Notes: generated by a model not told the origin, from the letters alone. A stretch of 64,000 nucleotides of DNA from Prochlorococcus sp. AG-347-K20 (GCA_003281315.1 QCCH01000005.1:18603-82602), one strand, 5' to 3'; positions 29,488 to 40,045 are shown, numbered from the stretch's first letter. Made by a program: numbers and translations.

Positions 29488-30312
29488 ATGGAATTACAAC
29501 AGTATAATTTATTTTTTTTATATCAAGAAACATTTGCCTTAACAAAGAGATTATTTATTCAATTAAAAAGAAGACCATCAACTCTTTTAGCTGGAATATT
29601 GCAACCTATAATTTGGCTTTTTTTATTTGGGGCATTATTTTCTAAAGCTCCTGAAGGTTTTTTACCGGGAGTTGATTCTTATGGGAATTTTTTAGGAGCA
29701 GGACTTATTGTTTTTACTGCTTTTAGCGGAGCCCTAAATTCTGGTCTTCCTTTAATGTTTGATAGAGAGTTTGGATTTCTTAATAGATTACTTGTGGCTC
29801 CTTTAACCAGTAGATTATCCATAGTTTTATCTTCTTTTTTTTACATAACAATCCTGAGCTTTGTTCAGAGTATTGTAATAATGTTTGTTTCATACACTTT
29901 GGGATATGGATGGCCCAACTTATATGGTTTAGGAATTGTGTTTACAACACTAATTCTATTAGTTCTTTTTGTGACATCAATAAGTTTATGTTTAGCGTTT
30001 GTTTTGCCAGGACATATTGAATTAATCGCTCTTATATTCGTGATAAATTTACCTCTTCTTTTTGCAAGTACTGCTTTGGCTCCAATTTCTTTCATGCCAA
30101 ATTGGCTTGGGTGGTTGGCTTCATTAAATCCATTAACTTTTGCGATCGAACCTATTAGGACTGCTTATACAGAAACTATAAATTTAGAATTAGTGGCTTT
30201 ACATGCTCCATATGGTGATTTAACTTGTAAGAGTTGTATATCAATTTTATTTTCTTTAACAGTTTTATCCTTGATTATCATAAGGCCTCTGTTAAATAAG
30301 AAGTTAAATTAA
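29488..30312 (+). CDS. ABC-2-type exporter permease
   Basis: 274 aa, 6 TM segments, directly downstream of the ATPase. Confidence 0.75.
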   Translation: MELQQYNLFFLYQETFALTKRLFIQLKRRPSTLLAGILQPIIWLFLFGALFSKAPEGFLPGVDSYGNFLGAGLIVFTAFSGALNSGLPLMFDREFGFLNRLLVAPLTSRLSIVLSSFFYITILSFVQSIVIMFVSYTLGYGWPNLYGLGIVFTTLILLVLFVTSISLCLAFVLPGHIELIALIFVINLPLLFASTALAPISFMPNWLGWLASLNPLTFAIEPIRTAYTETINLELVALHAPYGDLTCKSCISILFSLTVLSLIIIRPLLNKKLN

Positions 30313-30319
30313 TAAATTT

Positions 30320-30841
30320 ATGCTTTTAAAAAATAATCTAATAGAAGTTTTTAAAAAAGCCTCTTTAGAAAATAATTTTTTGCTTAAAGAAAATATTGTT
30401 CTTAAGTGGGTCCATAGATTTGGGATTGATTCTTTAAATGATTTATTAATCCATAGTCCAGTACAAATGGAAAATCATGAAGAAGAAAATCAAGAACAAA
30501 CTACTTTAATGGATGAAGTATATGAAGAAGAAAATCAAGAACAAACTACTTTAATGGATGAAGTATATGAAGAAGAAAATCAAGAACAAACTACTTTAAT
30601 GGATGAAGTATATGAAGAAGAAAATCAAGAACAAATTAAACTTGAATCTTTTAAAAATTTAGAAAATTTAGAAGAAACAAATTGTGAATCAAATTACTTA
30701 AAAATTTCTAACAATAATCAAGTCATTGATACTAAAGAAGAATCTAATCAAATAAATCAATATTTTAAAACCCCAAAATTACCATTACCTAATATTAAAA
30801 ATTTAAGAAAATGGATAAATAACGATAAAAAAGCTAGTTAG
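30320..30841 (+). CDS. Acidic hypothetical protein with 15-aa tandem repeats
   Basis: 173-aa ORF 7 nt after the permease gene; contains (EEENQEQTTLMDEVY)x3 plus a partial copy. Confidence 0.45.
   Translation: MLLKNNLIEVFKKASLENNFLLKENIVLKWVHRFGIDSLNDLLIHSPVQMENHEEENQEQTTLMDEVYEEENQEQTTLMDEVYEEENQEQTTLMDEVYEEENQEQIKLESFKNLENLEETNCESNYLKISNNNQVIDTKEESNQINQYFKTPKLPLPNIKNLRKWINNDKKAS
30479..30634 (+). repeat. Perfect direct tandem repeat, 45 nt x 3 plus a 21-nt partial copy, in frame
   Basis: gaagaagaaaatcaagaacaaactactttaatggatgaagtatat at 30479, 30524 and 30569; partial copy at 30614-30634. Confidence 0.95.
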
Positions 30842-30845
30842 CTTT

Positions 30846-32534
30846 TTACATCATACCTGGCATGCCCATGCCTCCCATTCCTGGCATACCCATTCCGCCC
30901 ATACCTGGCATGCCCATGCCTCCCATTGGATCTCCAGCTGGTCCTCCTGGGGCTGCGGCTTCAGGCTCTGGAATGTCAGCCATCGCAACTTCTGTTGTGA
31001 GGATCATAGCTGCAATAGATACTGAATCTTGAAGAGCTAATCTTATTACTTTGGTTGGATCTAATATTCCTGAATCTTTTAAATCCTCATATTTTCCAGA
31101 ATTAGCATTGAAGCCTTTGTTAAGTCGTTTAATTTCAGCGACAACTACATCACCATTAAAACCAGCATTTTTTGCTATTTGTTTAGCAGGTTCCAAAAGG
31201 GCTTCTTTTACTATATTTATCCCTGTTCTTAAATCATCGGAAGATTTTTGACTTAAATTTAAAAGGTCATCTGATATCTCAATTAAAGTTTGTCCACCTC
31301 CAGAAACCACACCCTCTTCAATAGCAGCTTTCGTAGCATTAAGGGAATCTTCGATTCTTAACTTTTTGTACTTCATCTCTGTTTCTGTTGCAGCTCCAAC
31401 TTTGATAAGTGCTACTCCTCCAGCTAGTTTTGCTATCCTTTCATTGATTTTGTCCTGATCATACTCTGAGTCTGTTATTTCAACTTCTCTCTTTAATTTT
31501 TCTACTCGCGCTTTAACCAAATCTTTAGTGTCTTCGAAGGCGACAATTGTAGTTTTGTCCTTCGTGATAGTTATTTTTTTTGCTTTGCCTAAATCACTAA
31601 TCGATACTTTATCAAGTGTCATCGATTTATCTTCACTAATTAACTTAGCTCCAGTAAGAATAGCAATATCTTCAAGGGCAGCTTTTCTTCTCTCGCCAAA
31701 TAACGGAGCTCTTACAGAAGCTACATTTAACACTCCACTATTCTTATTTAAAACCAAGGTGGTTAAAGCCTCTCCTTCGATATCTTCAGCAAGAATTAGA
31801 AAAGGTGAACCTGATTTCTGAATTTCTTCAAGTATTGGAACCAGGTCAACTAAAGTTGAAATTTTTTGATCAGTTATTAATATTTTAGGGTTTTCAAGTT
31901 CACAAACTTGTCTTTCTTGGTCTGTTACGAAATATGGAGAACTATAGCCTCTATCAAAAGACATTCCTTCAGTTATATCTAATTCTGTATCTAGTGATTG
32001 AGATTCTTCGACAGTTATTACACCATCTGAAGTAACAATATCCATTGCCTTTGAAATTATAGATCCAATTTCTTCATCACCTCCAGCACTAACTGTTGCA
32101 ACTTTTTGGATATCAGAACCACTTAATGAAATACTTTTGGAACTTAATTTTTCTAGAACAAAAGTCAGGCCTACTTCCATACCTTTTTTTAATTCCATAG
32201 GACTGGCACCAGAAGCAATATTTTTTAATCCCTCTTGAACCATCTTCTGAGCCAAAATGGTTGCTGTTGTTGTTCCATCACCAGCACTCTCTTTTGTCTT
32301 GGATGCAACTTGTTCTATTAATTTCGCACCTAAATTAGAAATAGGGTTTTCAATCTCTATCTCTTTAGCAACTGTAGATCCATCTCTTACAATATCTGGT
32401 GAACCAAATTTCTTTTCTATTACAACGTTTTTTGCTTTCGGCCCAATAGTAACCTTTACCGCATTAGCTACGAAATTAACACCTTTTTCTAGCGCTTCTC
32501 TTGATTCATTAGAAAAACTTAACTGTTTAGCCAT
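30846..32534 (-). CDS. groEL: Chaperonin GroEL (60 kDa), stand-alone copy without adjacent groES
   Basis: Full-length GroEL sequence ([13 protein letters not shown] etc.) with long GGM-type tail [27 protein letters not shown]. Confidence 0.95.
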   Translation of the reverse strand: MAKQLSFSNESREALEKGVNFVANAVKVTIGPKAKNVVIEKKFGSPDIVRDGSTVAKEIEIENPISNLGAKLIEQVASKTKESAGDGTTTATILAQKMVQEGLKNIASGASPMELKKGMEVGLTFVLEKLSSKSISLSGSDIQKVATVSAGGDEEIGSIISKAMDIVTSDGVITVEESQSLDTELDITEGMSFDRGYSSPYFVTDQERQVCELENPKILITDQKISTLVDLVPILEEIQKSGSPFLILAEDIEGEALTTLVLNKNSGVLNVASVRAPLFGERRKAALEDIAILTGAKLISEDKSMTLDKVSISDLGKAKKITITKDKTTIVAFEDTKDLVKARVEKLKREVEITDSEYDQDKINERIAKLAGGVALIKVGAATETEMKYKKLRIEDSLNATKAAIEEGVVSGGGQTLIEISDDLLNLSQKSSDDLRTGINIVKEALLEPAKQIAKNAGFNGDVVVAEIKRLNKGFNANSGKYEDLKDSGILDPTKVIRLALQDSVSIAAMILTTEVAMADIPEPEAAAPGGPAGDPMGGMGMPGMGGMGMPGMGGMGMPGMM

Positions 32535-32666
32535 GTTTGCTCGATCTTTTGTCTTATTCTAATCTCCCATAGAATCATTTTTAAAGGGATATTTAATTAA
32601 GTGGGGAAAGCCGAATTTCTTTTAATTAGAAATACAAATTAACTCAAATAAGAGTATCTTTAAGTT

Positions 32667-32846
32667 ATGGAAGAAACAAATAATCTTATTTTTACTCTTA
32701 CCGCAATCTTCGCGGTTGCTATGACACTGATATACTTTCCTTTAAGATTTTTCTTGACATTAACTGCTAGAAGTCGAAGACTAAAACTTTTACAAAAAAT
32801 TAGAAGGTTGAGAGATGAATTAGGCCAGCCTTATGAAAGTAAATAA
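32667..32846 (+). CDS. Small single-TM protein (59 aa), not in ORF track
   Basis: Hand translation MEETNNLIFTLTAIFAVAMTLIYFPLRFFLTLTARSRRLKLLQKIRRLRDELGQPYESK; TM helix plus basic helix; abuts the fabG stop. Confidence 0.35.
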   Translation: MEETNNLIFTLTAIFAVAMTLIYFPLRFFLTLTARSRRLKLLQKIRRLRDELGQPYESK

Positions 32847-33596
32847 CTAAATACTCATACCCCCGTCTATACTGATTGTTTGCCCTGTAATGTAACTTCC
32901 TGAATCACTTGAAACTAAGAATGCCACTAAGTTTGCAATTTGAGTACAACTGCCTAATTTCCCTAGAGGAATAACTTTTAGAATCTCTTCAGTATTAAGT
33001 TTTTCAGTCATCTCTGTTTCTATAAAACCTGGAGCTATTGCATTAACATTTATACCTCTTGAAGCAAATTCTTTAGCGCAAGTTTTGGTAAATCCAATAA
33101 CTCCAGCTTTGGCTGCAGAATAATTTGCTTGACCAGGATTACCAATTATGCCAACAACAGATGAAATATTTACGATGCTACCACTTCTTTTTTTCATCAT
33201 AAATTTTGAAGCATATTTTGTACAAAGAAAAACCCCTTTTAAGTTTGTATTTAGTACATCATCCCATTGTTCCGATTTCATTCTCATCAAAAGTCCATCT
33301 CTAGTAATTCCAGCATTGTTAATGAGGATATCAATGGTGCCATTAATTTTGATTATTTCTTCAAAAGCTGAACTGACAGAATCCTCTTTTGAAACATCAA
33401 ATTTTAATTTATAAGCTTTACCTCCTGAATTTTTTATTAAATTTACAACTTCTTCAGCTTTTTCATCAGAAGAAGAGTAATTAATAAAAACTTCTGCTCC
33501 CAATCGGCTTAGTTCTAAAGCAATTTCTTTACCAATTCCTCTGCTTGCTCCAGTGATTAAAGCAATTTTGCCTGATAATAAATCTTTATTGGACAT
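32847..33596 (-). CDS. fabG: 3-oxoacyl-[ACP] reductase
   Basis: TGASRGIGKEIA, NNAGIT, YSAAKAG SDR motifs with FabG-like sequence. Confidence 0.9.
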   Translation of the reverse strand: MSNKDLLSGKIALITGASRGIGKEIALELSRLGAEVFINYSSSDEKAEEVVNLIKNSGGKAYKLKFDVSKEDSVSSAFEEIIKINGTIDILINNAGITRDGLLMRMKSEQWDDVLNTNLKGVFLCTKYASKFMMKKRSGSIVNISSVVGIIGNPGQANYSAAKAGVIGFTKTCAKEFASRGINVNAIAPGFIETEMTEKLNTEEILKVIPLGKLGSCTQIANLVAFLVSSDSGSYITGQTISIDGGMSI

Positions 33597-33689
33597 TATG
33601 AAATTTTTATAATTTTCAATCGTAGTACTATTTGTGTAAAGATATTGCTTTTATTTATAATTGTCTAGAAAATATTAAGACCTTCTATT

Positions 33690-34361
33690 GTGCACTTTTT
33701 AATACCAGCTGCAGGGAGCGGTAGCAGAATGAAAGCTGGAAAAAATAAATTACTTATTGATTTAGAGGGGGAGTCTTTGATTTATTGGACACTTAAATCT
33801 GTATTATCTGCAAGCTCAACAAATTGGGTTGGAATAATTGGGCAACCGAAAGATAAAAATTTATTATTAAATTCAGCCAAGGATTTTGCCCATAAAGTTC
33901 ATTGGATTAATGGTGGTGATACAAGACAACAGTCAGTTTTTAATGGTTTAAAAGCGTTACCAAAAGATGCTGAAAAAGTTTTAATACATGATGGTGCTAG
34001 ATGTCTAATTAATCCTGAATTGATAGACCTTTGTGCCAAGAAATTAGATGAAAATGAAGCTGTAATTTTGGCTACTAAGGTAACTGACACTATAAAGATT
34101 GTTGATAATGAAGGTTTTATTAAAGAAACACCAGACAGAAATTATTTATGGGCAGCGCAAACTCCTCAAGGCTTTTTAGTAGATAGATTGAAAAAAGCTC
34201 ATAAAATGGCAATTGATAAAAACTGGAAAGTCACAGATGATGCTTCTCTATTCGAAATGCTTAATTGGAAAGTGAAGATTATTGAAGGAACTTATTCAAA
34301 TATAAAAATTACATCCCCTATAGATTTGAAAATAGCAAAACTTTTTGTGAAGAACCCCTAG
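33690..34361 (+). CDS. ispD: 2-C-methyl-D-erythritol 4-phosphate cytidylyltransferase
   Basis: IPAAGSGSRM motif, IHDGARC, AQTPQGF; GTG start. Confidence 0.9.
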   Translation: MHFLIPAAGSGSRMKAGKNKLLIDLEGESLIYWTLKSVLSASSTNWVGIIGQPKDKNLLLNSAKDFAHKVHWINGGDTRQQSVFNGLKALPKDAEKVLIHDGARCLINPELIDLCAKKLDENEAVILATKVTDTIKIVDNEGFIKETPDRNYLWAAQTPQGFLVDRLKKAHKMAIDKNWKVTDDASLFEMLNWKVKIIEGTYSNIKITSPIDLKIAKLFVKNP

Positions 34362-35231
34362 TTAAAAAGGTGTATCGATACTAAGAATGCCCTCATCACC
34401 ATTTAAGGTGGCTTCGTATCCTAAAGGAATGCAAGCATTTCCCGATATATGACCTATTGGGAGTTCAAAAAGAATAGGAAATTCAAACTCTTGGAGTCTT
34501 TCAATAATACAGTTTTTTAGTAAATCTTTCCATTCAAGGTCGCAGGAATCATTAGAAAAACTTCCGAATCCAATACCAGCAATTTCAGAAAGTGTTTTAG
34601 TCATTCTGAGGTAAGTCAACATGCGATCAATTTTATAAATATCTTCATTAATATCTTCAAAGATTATTATTTTCCCTTTGCAATCTGGAAAGTGATTAGT
34701 GCCAATTAAAAAAGTAGCAATAGTTAAGTTAGAAACGATAATTTCTCCTTTAGCTTTTCCAGCTCTTAAAGGAATTCCTCTTATGTCCTCAACATATCCC
34801 TCAAAAAGTAAATTTCTTAATCTCTCAAGACTCCACTCTGGCTCTTTAAAAAGGCCAGTAACCATTGGGCCATGAATAGAACCTATAAATCCTTGAGAGT
34901 ATTTAGATAGTAATAAAGAACATGTATCTGAGAATCCAAGCATTAAACCATGCTGCCAAGAAGGTTCTTTTTCTAAAAGTCTTGCTGAACCCCAGCCTCC
35001 TTTTGCAAAAATTATTAGCTTACTATTTTGTGCTTTTTCCAGTTCTTCAAATCTAGTTAGATCATCACCTGCAAAATAACCAAATTTTTTTGATAAAGAA
35101 TTATTTTCATTAATTTCCAAGCCCCAGTTTTTTAAGATTTCTATGCCTTTTTGAAAATTTTCGTCCCCATCAATAAAGGAGCCTGGAGCTAAAATATCTA
35201 TTAGATCACCTTTTTTTAATCTAAAAACCAT
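34362..35231 (-). CDS. LD-carboxypeptidase (peptidase S66, LdcA-like)
   Basis: S66 layout with GFSDTCSL nucleophile segment and C-terminal GHISGN. Confidence 0.75.
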   Translation of the reverse strand: MVFRLKKGDLIDILAPGSFIDGDENFQKGIEILKNWGLEINENNSLSKKFGYFAGDDLTRFEELEKAQNSKLIIFAKGGWGSARLLEKEPSWQHGLMLGFSDTCSLLLSKYSQGFIGSIHGPMVTGLFKEPEWSLERLRNLLFEGYVEDIRGIPLRAGKAKGEIIVSNLTIATFLIGTNHFPDCKGKIIIFEDINEDIYKIDRMLTYLRMTKTLSEIAGIGFGSFSNDSCDLEWKDLLKNCIIERLQEFEFPILFELPIGHISGNACIPLGYEATLNGDEGILSIDTPF

Positions 35232-35240
35232 ATTTAGAAT

Positions 35241-36149
35241 TTATGAGGCAATAATAATTCCTAGTAAAAGGACTCCTCCATAAATTGATTGATTTTTGAA
35301 GTGATTCCCAATATTTTTTATTGATTGCTTTTCCTCAGGAAATACTTTTAGTATATCTCTCTGCATTAAGATTGACGTTGTAAGCCAAATTGGCCAAAAA
35401 ATAAAATTCATTTGATTAATAAATCCGCATAATGCGAGAAAACTAGAAGTTAAAAAATAACAAATTTGAATAGTTATTCTTGTATTGTTCTTGAGGTTAA
35501 CAGCGGAACTATTTATTCCAATTTTGATATCATATTGTTTATCTGCTAAAGCATAAATCGTGTCAAAGCCAAAAGTCCAAAAAATGGTAGCCAGCCAGCA
35601 AAACAATAAAACAATACTATTTAAATTGCCTTCATTTGCTGCCCAGGGAATTAAGACAGCAAAACCCCAGCATATGGATAAGATTAATTGAGGATATTTA
35701 AACCATCTTTTGGCAGAAGGATAAATTAAAATAATAGGTAAAGCTAAAAAAGCAAGTGAAATAGACAGGATTCTTCCATGTTGAGGTAGTGACAAAGTTA
35801 AAAAGAAGCTACATAAAATTAAAATGAAAAGAATTGAATAAGCCGTTTTAAGACCGATTTTATTTGCAGCTAGAGGTCTATTTTTTGTCCTAAAAACTCT
35901 TTGATCAATTTTTTTGTCCCAAATATCATTAACCACGCAGCCTAATCCACTTACTAGAAGTCCCCCCAGAATTATTCTTAGCAACATTAAAAATGTTGGA
36001 TTAGCATCTGGGGTTAAATATAAACTCCATCCAGCAGGAATAAGTAAGATCATTCTTCCAGTAGGCTTATTCCACCTTAATAATTCAAAAAAAGCATTTA
36101 ATTTAAATTGTCGATTTTTATTTTGCATATGACCTATTTTATATTTCAT
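35241..36149 (-). CDS. ubiA: 4-hydroxybenzoate polyprenyltransferase (plastoquinone pathway UbiA homologue)
   Basis: NDIWDKKIDQRVFRTKNRPLA and second Asp-rich motif YALADKQYD. Confidence 0.8.
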   Translation of the reverse strand: MKYKIGHMQNKNRQFKLNAFFELLRWNKPTGRMILLIPAGWSLYLTPDANPTFLMLLRIILGGLLVSGLGCVVNDIWDKKIDQRVFRTKNRPLAANKIGLKTAYSILFILILCSFFLTLSLPQHGRILSISLAFLALPIILIYPSAKRWFKYPQLILSICWGFAVLIPWAANEGNLNSIVLLFCWLATIFWTFGFDTIYALADKQYDIKIGINSSAVNLKNNTRITIQICYFLTSSFLALCGFINQMNFIFWPIWLTTSILMQRDILKVFPEEKQSIKNIGNHFKNQSIYGGVLLLGIIIAS

Positions 36150-36252
36150 AACTTTAAATAATCTTACTAGGATTAAATGATTTCTATTATTTAATAATTA
36201 ATCTTGGGTATATTTATTAATGGATTAAAGATATCTGCATCTTATAAAAGAA

Positions 36253-37848
36253 ATGATACAGAAACAAGATTTAAGATATTTTCAAGAAAAGCAAGTTTTA
36301 GTAGCTTCTATAGATATTGGAACTAACTCTACACATCTCTTGGTAGCAGAAATTAATCTAGAACTAAAATCATTTTCAATAAAATTCACTGATAAATCAA
36401 CCACTCGTCTTGGAGAAAGAGATGAGGAGGGTAATCTTACTGAAGAATCAATCCAAAGAGCATTAGTTACTCTAGAGCGATTTAAGGAATATTGTAAAAG
36501 TAATGGAGTAAAACAAATAGTAACAGCAGCAACAAGTGCAGTTAGGGAAGCTCCAAACGGTCAAGATTTTATTAGAAGAGTTCTTGATGAAACTGGTATT
36601 CAAATAGAAATGATAAGTGGTTCTGAGGAAGCCAGATTAATTTACCTTGGTGTTCTTTCTGGGATGTCTTTTGAAGATCAGTCTTTTGTAATCATAGATA
36701 TTGGAGGAGGATCTACAGAATTAATACTTGCAGATAAAAAAGATGCTATAGCTCTTACCAGTTCGAGAATTGGTGCGGTAAGACTTAAAAACGATTTTTT
36801 AAATAAAGAGTCTATAACTTCAGAAAGATCGAGTTTTTTAAAAACTTTTATTAAAGGATCTTTAGAACCATCTGTTCGAAAAATAAAGAGTAGATCTAAG
36901 GGAGATAAGCCTTTATCTATGATTGCAACCAGTGGCACTGCAACCTCATTAGGAAATTTGATTTCAGATGATTTGGGAGAATCTAAACAAAAGCTGCATG
37001 GTTATAAATTTAAAAGGGAAGATTTACAAAATGTATTGGAAAAACTAATTAAATTGACAGTTTCGGAAATCAAGAAAATTCCTTCATTAAGTGAGCGAAG
37101 AGCAGAAATAATTATTCCAGGAGCATTGATATTAAACACCGCAATGGAGATGTTGGACTTTAATGAATTAATAATAAGTGAGAGGGCGCTTCGAGAGGGT
37201 TTGGTTGTGGATTGGATGCTTCGTAAAGGAATAATTAAAAATGAGTTAAATATTCAAAGCAATATTAGAAAAACAACTATAGTTCATCAGGCCAGAAAGT
37301 TTGGAGTAGATAATACAAGAGCCGAGAAAGTTATTGATATTGCATTTCAAATCTATGATCAGACTAAAAATATCTTTCATAGCGATAATGACCCTAAAGC
37401 TAAAGAACTTCTTTGGGCAGCTTCTAATCTTTATAATTGTGGGAAATATGTGAACGTTGGTTCATATCACAAACACTCTTGGTACTTAATAAAAAATTGT
37501 GAGTTGTTGGGATATTCTGAAGCAGAAACAAATATTATTGCTTCAATTGCTAGGTACCACAGAAAGACTCTTCCCAAGAAAAGACATGAGTCTTGGCAAA
37601 ATTTAATATCCAAAGAAGATAAAACATTAGTTCTTGAAATGTCATTAATCCTGAGAATAGCAGCATCTCTTGATCAAAGACCTGACAAGGTGATCTCCTC
37701 AGTGCAAATAAAATTGAAGGAAAATAATCTTACATTTCAACTTTTACCTTTAGATAGAAACCATGATCTTCTTCTTGAAAAATGGAACTTAGGATTATGC
37801 CGTAATGTAATAAAAGAACTAAAGAATTTGGATTTAAAAGTTATTTAG
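36253..37848 (+). CDS. ppx: Exopolyphosphatase / GppA-family phosphatase
   Basis: ASKHA motifs IDIGTNSTHLLV, IDIGGGSTEL; C-terminal HD-like domain. Confidence 0.85.
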   Translation: MIQKQDLRYFQEKQVLVASIDIGTNSTHLLVAEINLELKSFSIKFTDKSTTRLGERDEEGNLTEESIQRALVTLERFKEYCKSNGVKQIVTAATSAVREAPNGQDFIRRVLDETGIQIEMISGSEEARLIYLGVLSGMSFEDQSFVIIDIGGGSTELILADKKDAIALTSSRIGAVRLKNDFLNKESITSERSSFLKTFIKGSLEPSVRKIKSRSKGDKPLSMIATSGTATSLGNLISDDLGESKQKLHGYKFKREDLQNVLEKLIKLTVSEIKKIPSLSERRAEIIIPGALILNTAMEMLDFNELIISERALREGLVVDWMLRKGIIKNELNIQSNIRKTTIVHQARKFGVDNTRAEKVIDIAFQIYDQTKNIFHSDNDPKAKELLWAASNLYNCGKYVNVGSYHKHSWYLIKNCELLGYSEAETNIIASIARYHRKTLPKKRHESWQNLISKEDKTLVLEMSLILRIAASLDQRPDKVISSVQIKLKENNLTFQLLPLDRNHDLLLEKWNLGLCRNVIKELKNLDLKVI

Positions 37849-38335
37849 TTTTTTTTAAAAGTTCTTGTTTTGGAGTTTGATTCTGAGAAGAGTCGGAAAA
37901 TAAATTGAAAATTAAGGATGAAGCGATTAGTCCAAGAAAGCCTGAAATTAAAATAAATATTAGGAATCCTAGTGGATTAAAATTCTTAGATTGCCTAGAT
38001 TTATAATTTTTTTTGGAAACTTCTTCAACTATTTCTTCAATTTTCACTTCTTTCCTCTCTGTCTTGAATTCATCCATTAAAAATTCTGTATCAAGTTTGA
38101 GCTTCTGTGAAATCCGTCTAATCATTGCTTTGATAAATACTTTTTCAGGTAGTTTTTCTTCATTACCTTCTTCTATGGCTTCAAGTTGATGAGTTCCAAT
38201 TTTTAAATCAGAAGCCAATTCTTCAATAGATTGATTTTTACTTAACCTAGCCTCTTTAATGAAATTTCCGATCCTTTTTAAAGAGGAATCTCCTCCTTTA
38301 TTGTTGATTCCCGAAACAGATTTTATTTCTTTCAA
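37841..38335 (-). CDS. XRE-type HTH protein with a single C-terminal TM segment (short RodZ-like)
   Basis: HTH segment IKEARLSKNQSIEELASDLKIGTHQLEAIEEGN, then TM helix FLIFILISGFLGLIASSLIF. Confidence 0.6.
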   Translation of the reverse strand: MKEIKSVSGINNKGGDSSLKRIGNFIKEARLSKNQSIEELASDLKIGTHQLEAIEEGNEEKLPEKVFIKAMIRRISQKLKLDTEFLMDEFKTERKEVKIEEIVEEVSKKNYKSRQSKNFNPLGFLIFILISGFLGLIASSLIFNLFSDSSQNQTPKQELLKKTK

Positions 38336-38390
38336 AGCAAATAAATTTTTACTAATTATAGTAATTAATATTTTTCTATCAACTTTAAGA

Positions 38391-39146
38391 TTATTTATTC
38401 CTAAAGAGATGCCTATAAGATGGATTATAAAGATTAGATCTTTCTTGAGAATTACTAATTGCTGGGCTAATAATGTAAATGGTTGTTCTAATTAGTTTTT
38501 TTTCAATAGAAAATTTTTCCATATCTTTTAATTCTATTAATGATGTCCAACCATCATCCCAAGATACTCTAAATCCAACAATCACTTTAGTCTCTGGAGG
38601 GTAAAAATCTAGTAAAGTTTCTTGAGACCTTTTCACATGCCTAGCACTTAGATATAGGCATATAGAGGAATTGTGTTTCGCAAGATCTCTCAGAGATTCT
38701 TTTTCGGGCATACCTGTTCGCCCTCCTGCTCTAGTTAAAATTATTGTTTGCGTTACGTCAGGGATGGTTAACTCAGCTTCATGATATGCTGCAGCAACTT
38801 GAAAAGCACTTACTCCAGGTACGACTTCGATTGCAATTTTTTCCTTTTTTAAAATTTCGATTTGTTCTCTAATTGCTCCATAAAGGCAAGGGTCTCCATC
38901 ATGCAACCTTACAACATTCTTCCCTTCCTGAAATTTTTCTATCATAATTGAGGTGATTTGCTCTAAGTTGAGCGAACTCGTTTTTATTTTTTCAGAACCT
39001 TCTTTAGAAAAATCTAAAATCTTTTCAGGAATTAGAGAGTCAGTCCAAATAATGACATCTGCAATTTTTATCTTTTTTAATGCTTTTAAAGTTAATAATT
39101 CTGGATCCCCTGGACCAACACCAACAAAGGATATTTTTTTATCCAT
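38391..39146 (-). CDS. cobM: Precorrin-4 C11-methyltransferase
   Basis: [24 protein letters not shown] tetrapyrrole methylase motifs. Confidence 0.85.
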   Translation of the reverse strand: MDKKISFVGVGPGDPELLTLKALKKIKIADVIIWTDSLIPEKILDFSKEGSEKIKTSSLNLEQITSIMIEKFQEGKNVVRLHDGDPCLYGAIREQIEILKKEKIAIEVVPGVSAFQVAAAYHEAELTIPDVTQTIILTRAGGRTGMPEKESLRDLAKHNSSICLYLSARHVKRSQETLLDFYPPETKVIVGFRVSWDDGWTSLIELKDMEKFSIEKKLIRTTIYIISPAISNSQERSNLYNPSYRHLFRNK

Positions 39147-40032
39147 TCTTTCTATTTTCCCCAGTATATGTTCTCAATCTTAAAAAAAATATTCCAATTA
39201 ATCCAGAAGAAAAGAGAAAAATACTAATAAATTGAGCCATTCTTATACCGCCATCACAAAAAGGTGGAAGTCCACCAATGCATAGTGGGTCAGTTCTTAA
39301 ACCTTCAATCCAGAATCTTCCAAAGCTATAACTTATTAAATAAAGACAGCTAATCAAGCCAGGCCTGAAAAAATCTGTTTTACCTTGTTTATTAAAAATA
39401 ATAATAAGGACGATGAAAATTAAAATATTCCACAATGATTCATAGAGAAATGTAGGATGAAAAAATTCATAATTAAGAAATTCTAAAGGCCTATTTTGGA
39501 TAGGTATAAATAATTTCCAAGGCAAATTTGTAGGAACTCCAAAGGCTTCATTATTGAAAAAATTTCCCCACCTTCCTATTGATTGTCCAAGAATAATCGA
39601 GGGTATTAAAATATCTATAAAAGTTTTTAAATTAATTTTTTTCGACTTGCAGAAATATATAATAGATATTAATCCTCCAATTAGACCTCCATGGATTGCT
39701 ATGCCTCCTTCCCAAACTGCAAGAAAAGAAGGTATTTTAATGATGTTATTGAATATTTCAAAAGAAGTAAAAAAGTTATCTCCGCTATATTGCCTCCACT
39801 CAAAAATTACGTAATAAGCTCTAGCTCCAATTATTGAAGAAAATATTAATGATGGAAGTATTTCACTGATGTATTCTGGGTTAATATTTCTTGCCTTCGC
39901 AAGTTTTTTTGAGACAAATAGGCCTATTAAAACTGAAACCGAAATAAGCAGTCCGTACCACCTAATAGTTATAAATCCTAAATTTAAAAAAGTTTCTCCT
40001 GGAGATTGTATAAAAGCTTGAAGTATAAGCAT
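39139..40032 (-). CDS. lgt: Prolipoprotein diacylglyceryl transferase
   Basis: [13 protein letters not shown] signature; 8-nt overlap with cobM. Confidence 0.9.
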   Translation of the reverse strand: MLILQAFIQSPGETFLNLGFITIRWYGLLISVSVLIGLFVSKKLAKARNINPEYISEILPSLIFSSIIGARAYYVIFEWRQYSGDNFFTSFEIFNNIIKIPSFLAVWEGGIAIHGGLIGGLISIIYFCKSKKINLKTFIDILIPSIILGQSIGRWGNFFNNEAFGVPTNLPWKLFIPIQNRPLEFLNYEFFHPTFLYESLWNILIFIVLIIIFNKQGKTDFFRPGLISCLYLISYSFGRFWIEGLRTDPLCIGGLPPFCDGGIRMAQFISIFLFSSGLIGIFFLRLRTYTGENRKNG

Positions 40033-40045
40033 TTAATAAAGAAAG

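Noticed and set aside
31528-32562. 97-aa and 101-aa plus-strand ORFs (31528-31821, 32257-32562) inside groEL
   Set aside because: They are antisense shadows of a highly conserved gene, with no independent start context or family signal. The same applies to 31051-31251.
33623-33639. LexA-box-like sequence TAGTACTATTTGTGTAA between fabG and ispD
   Set aside because: Only the left half (TAGTAC) matches the cyanobacterial LexA palindrome. The right half is GTGTA rather than GTAC/GTTC, and the neighbouring genes are not SOS genes.
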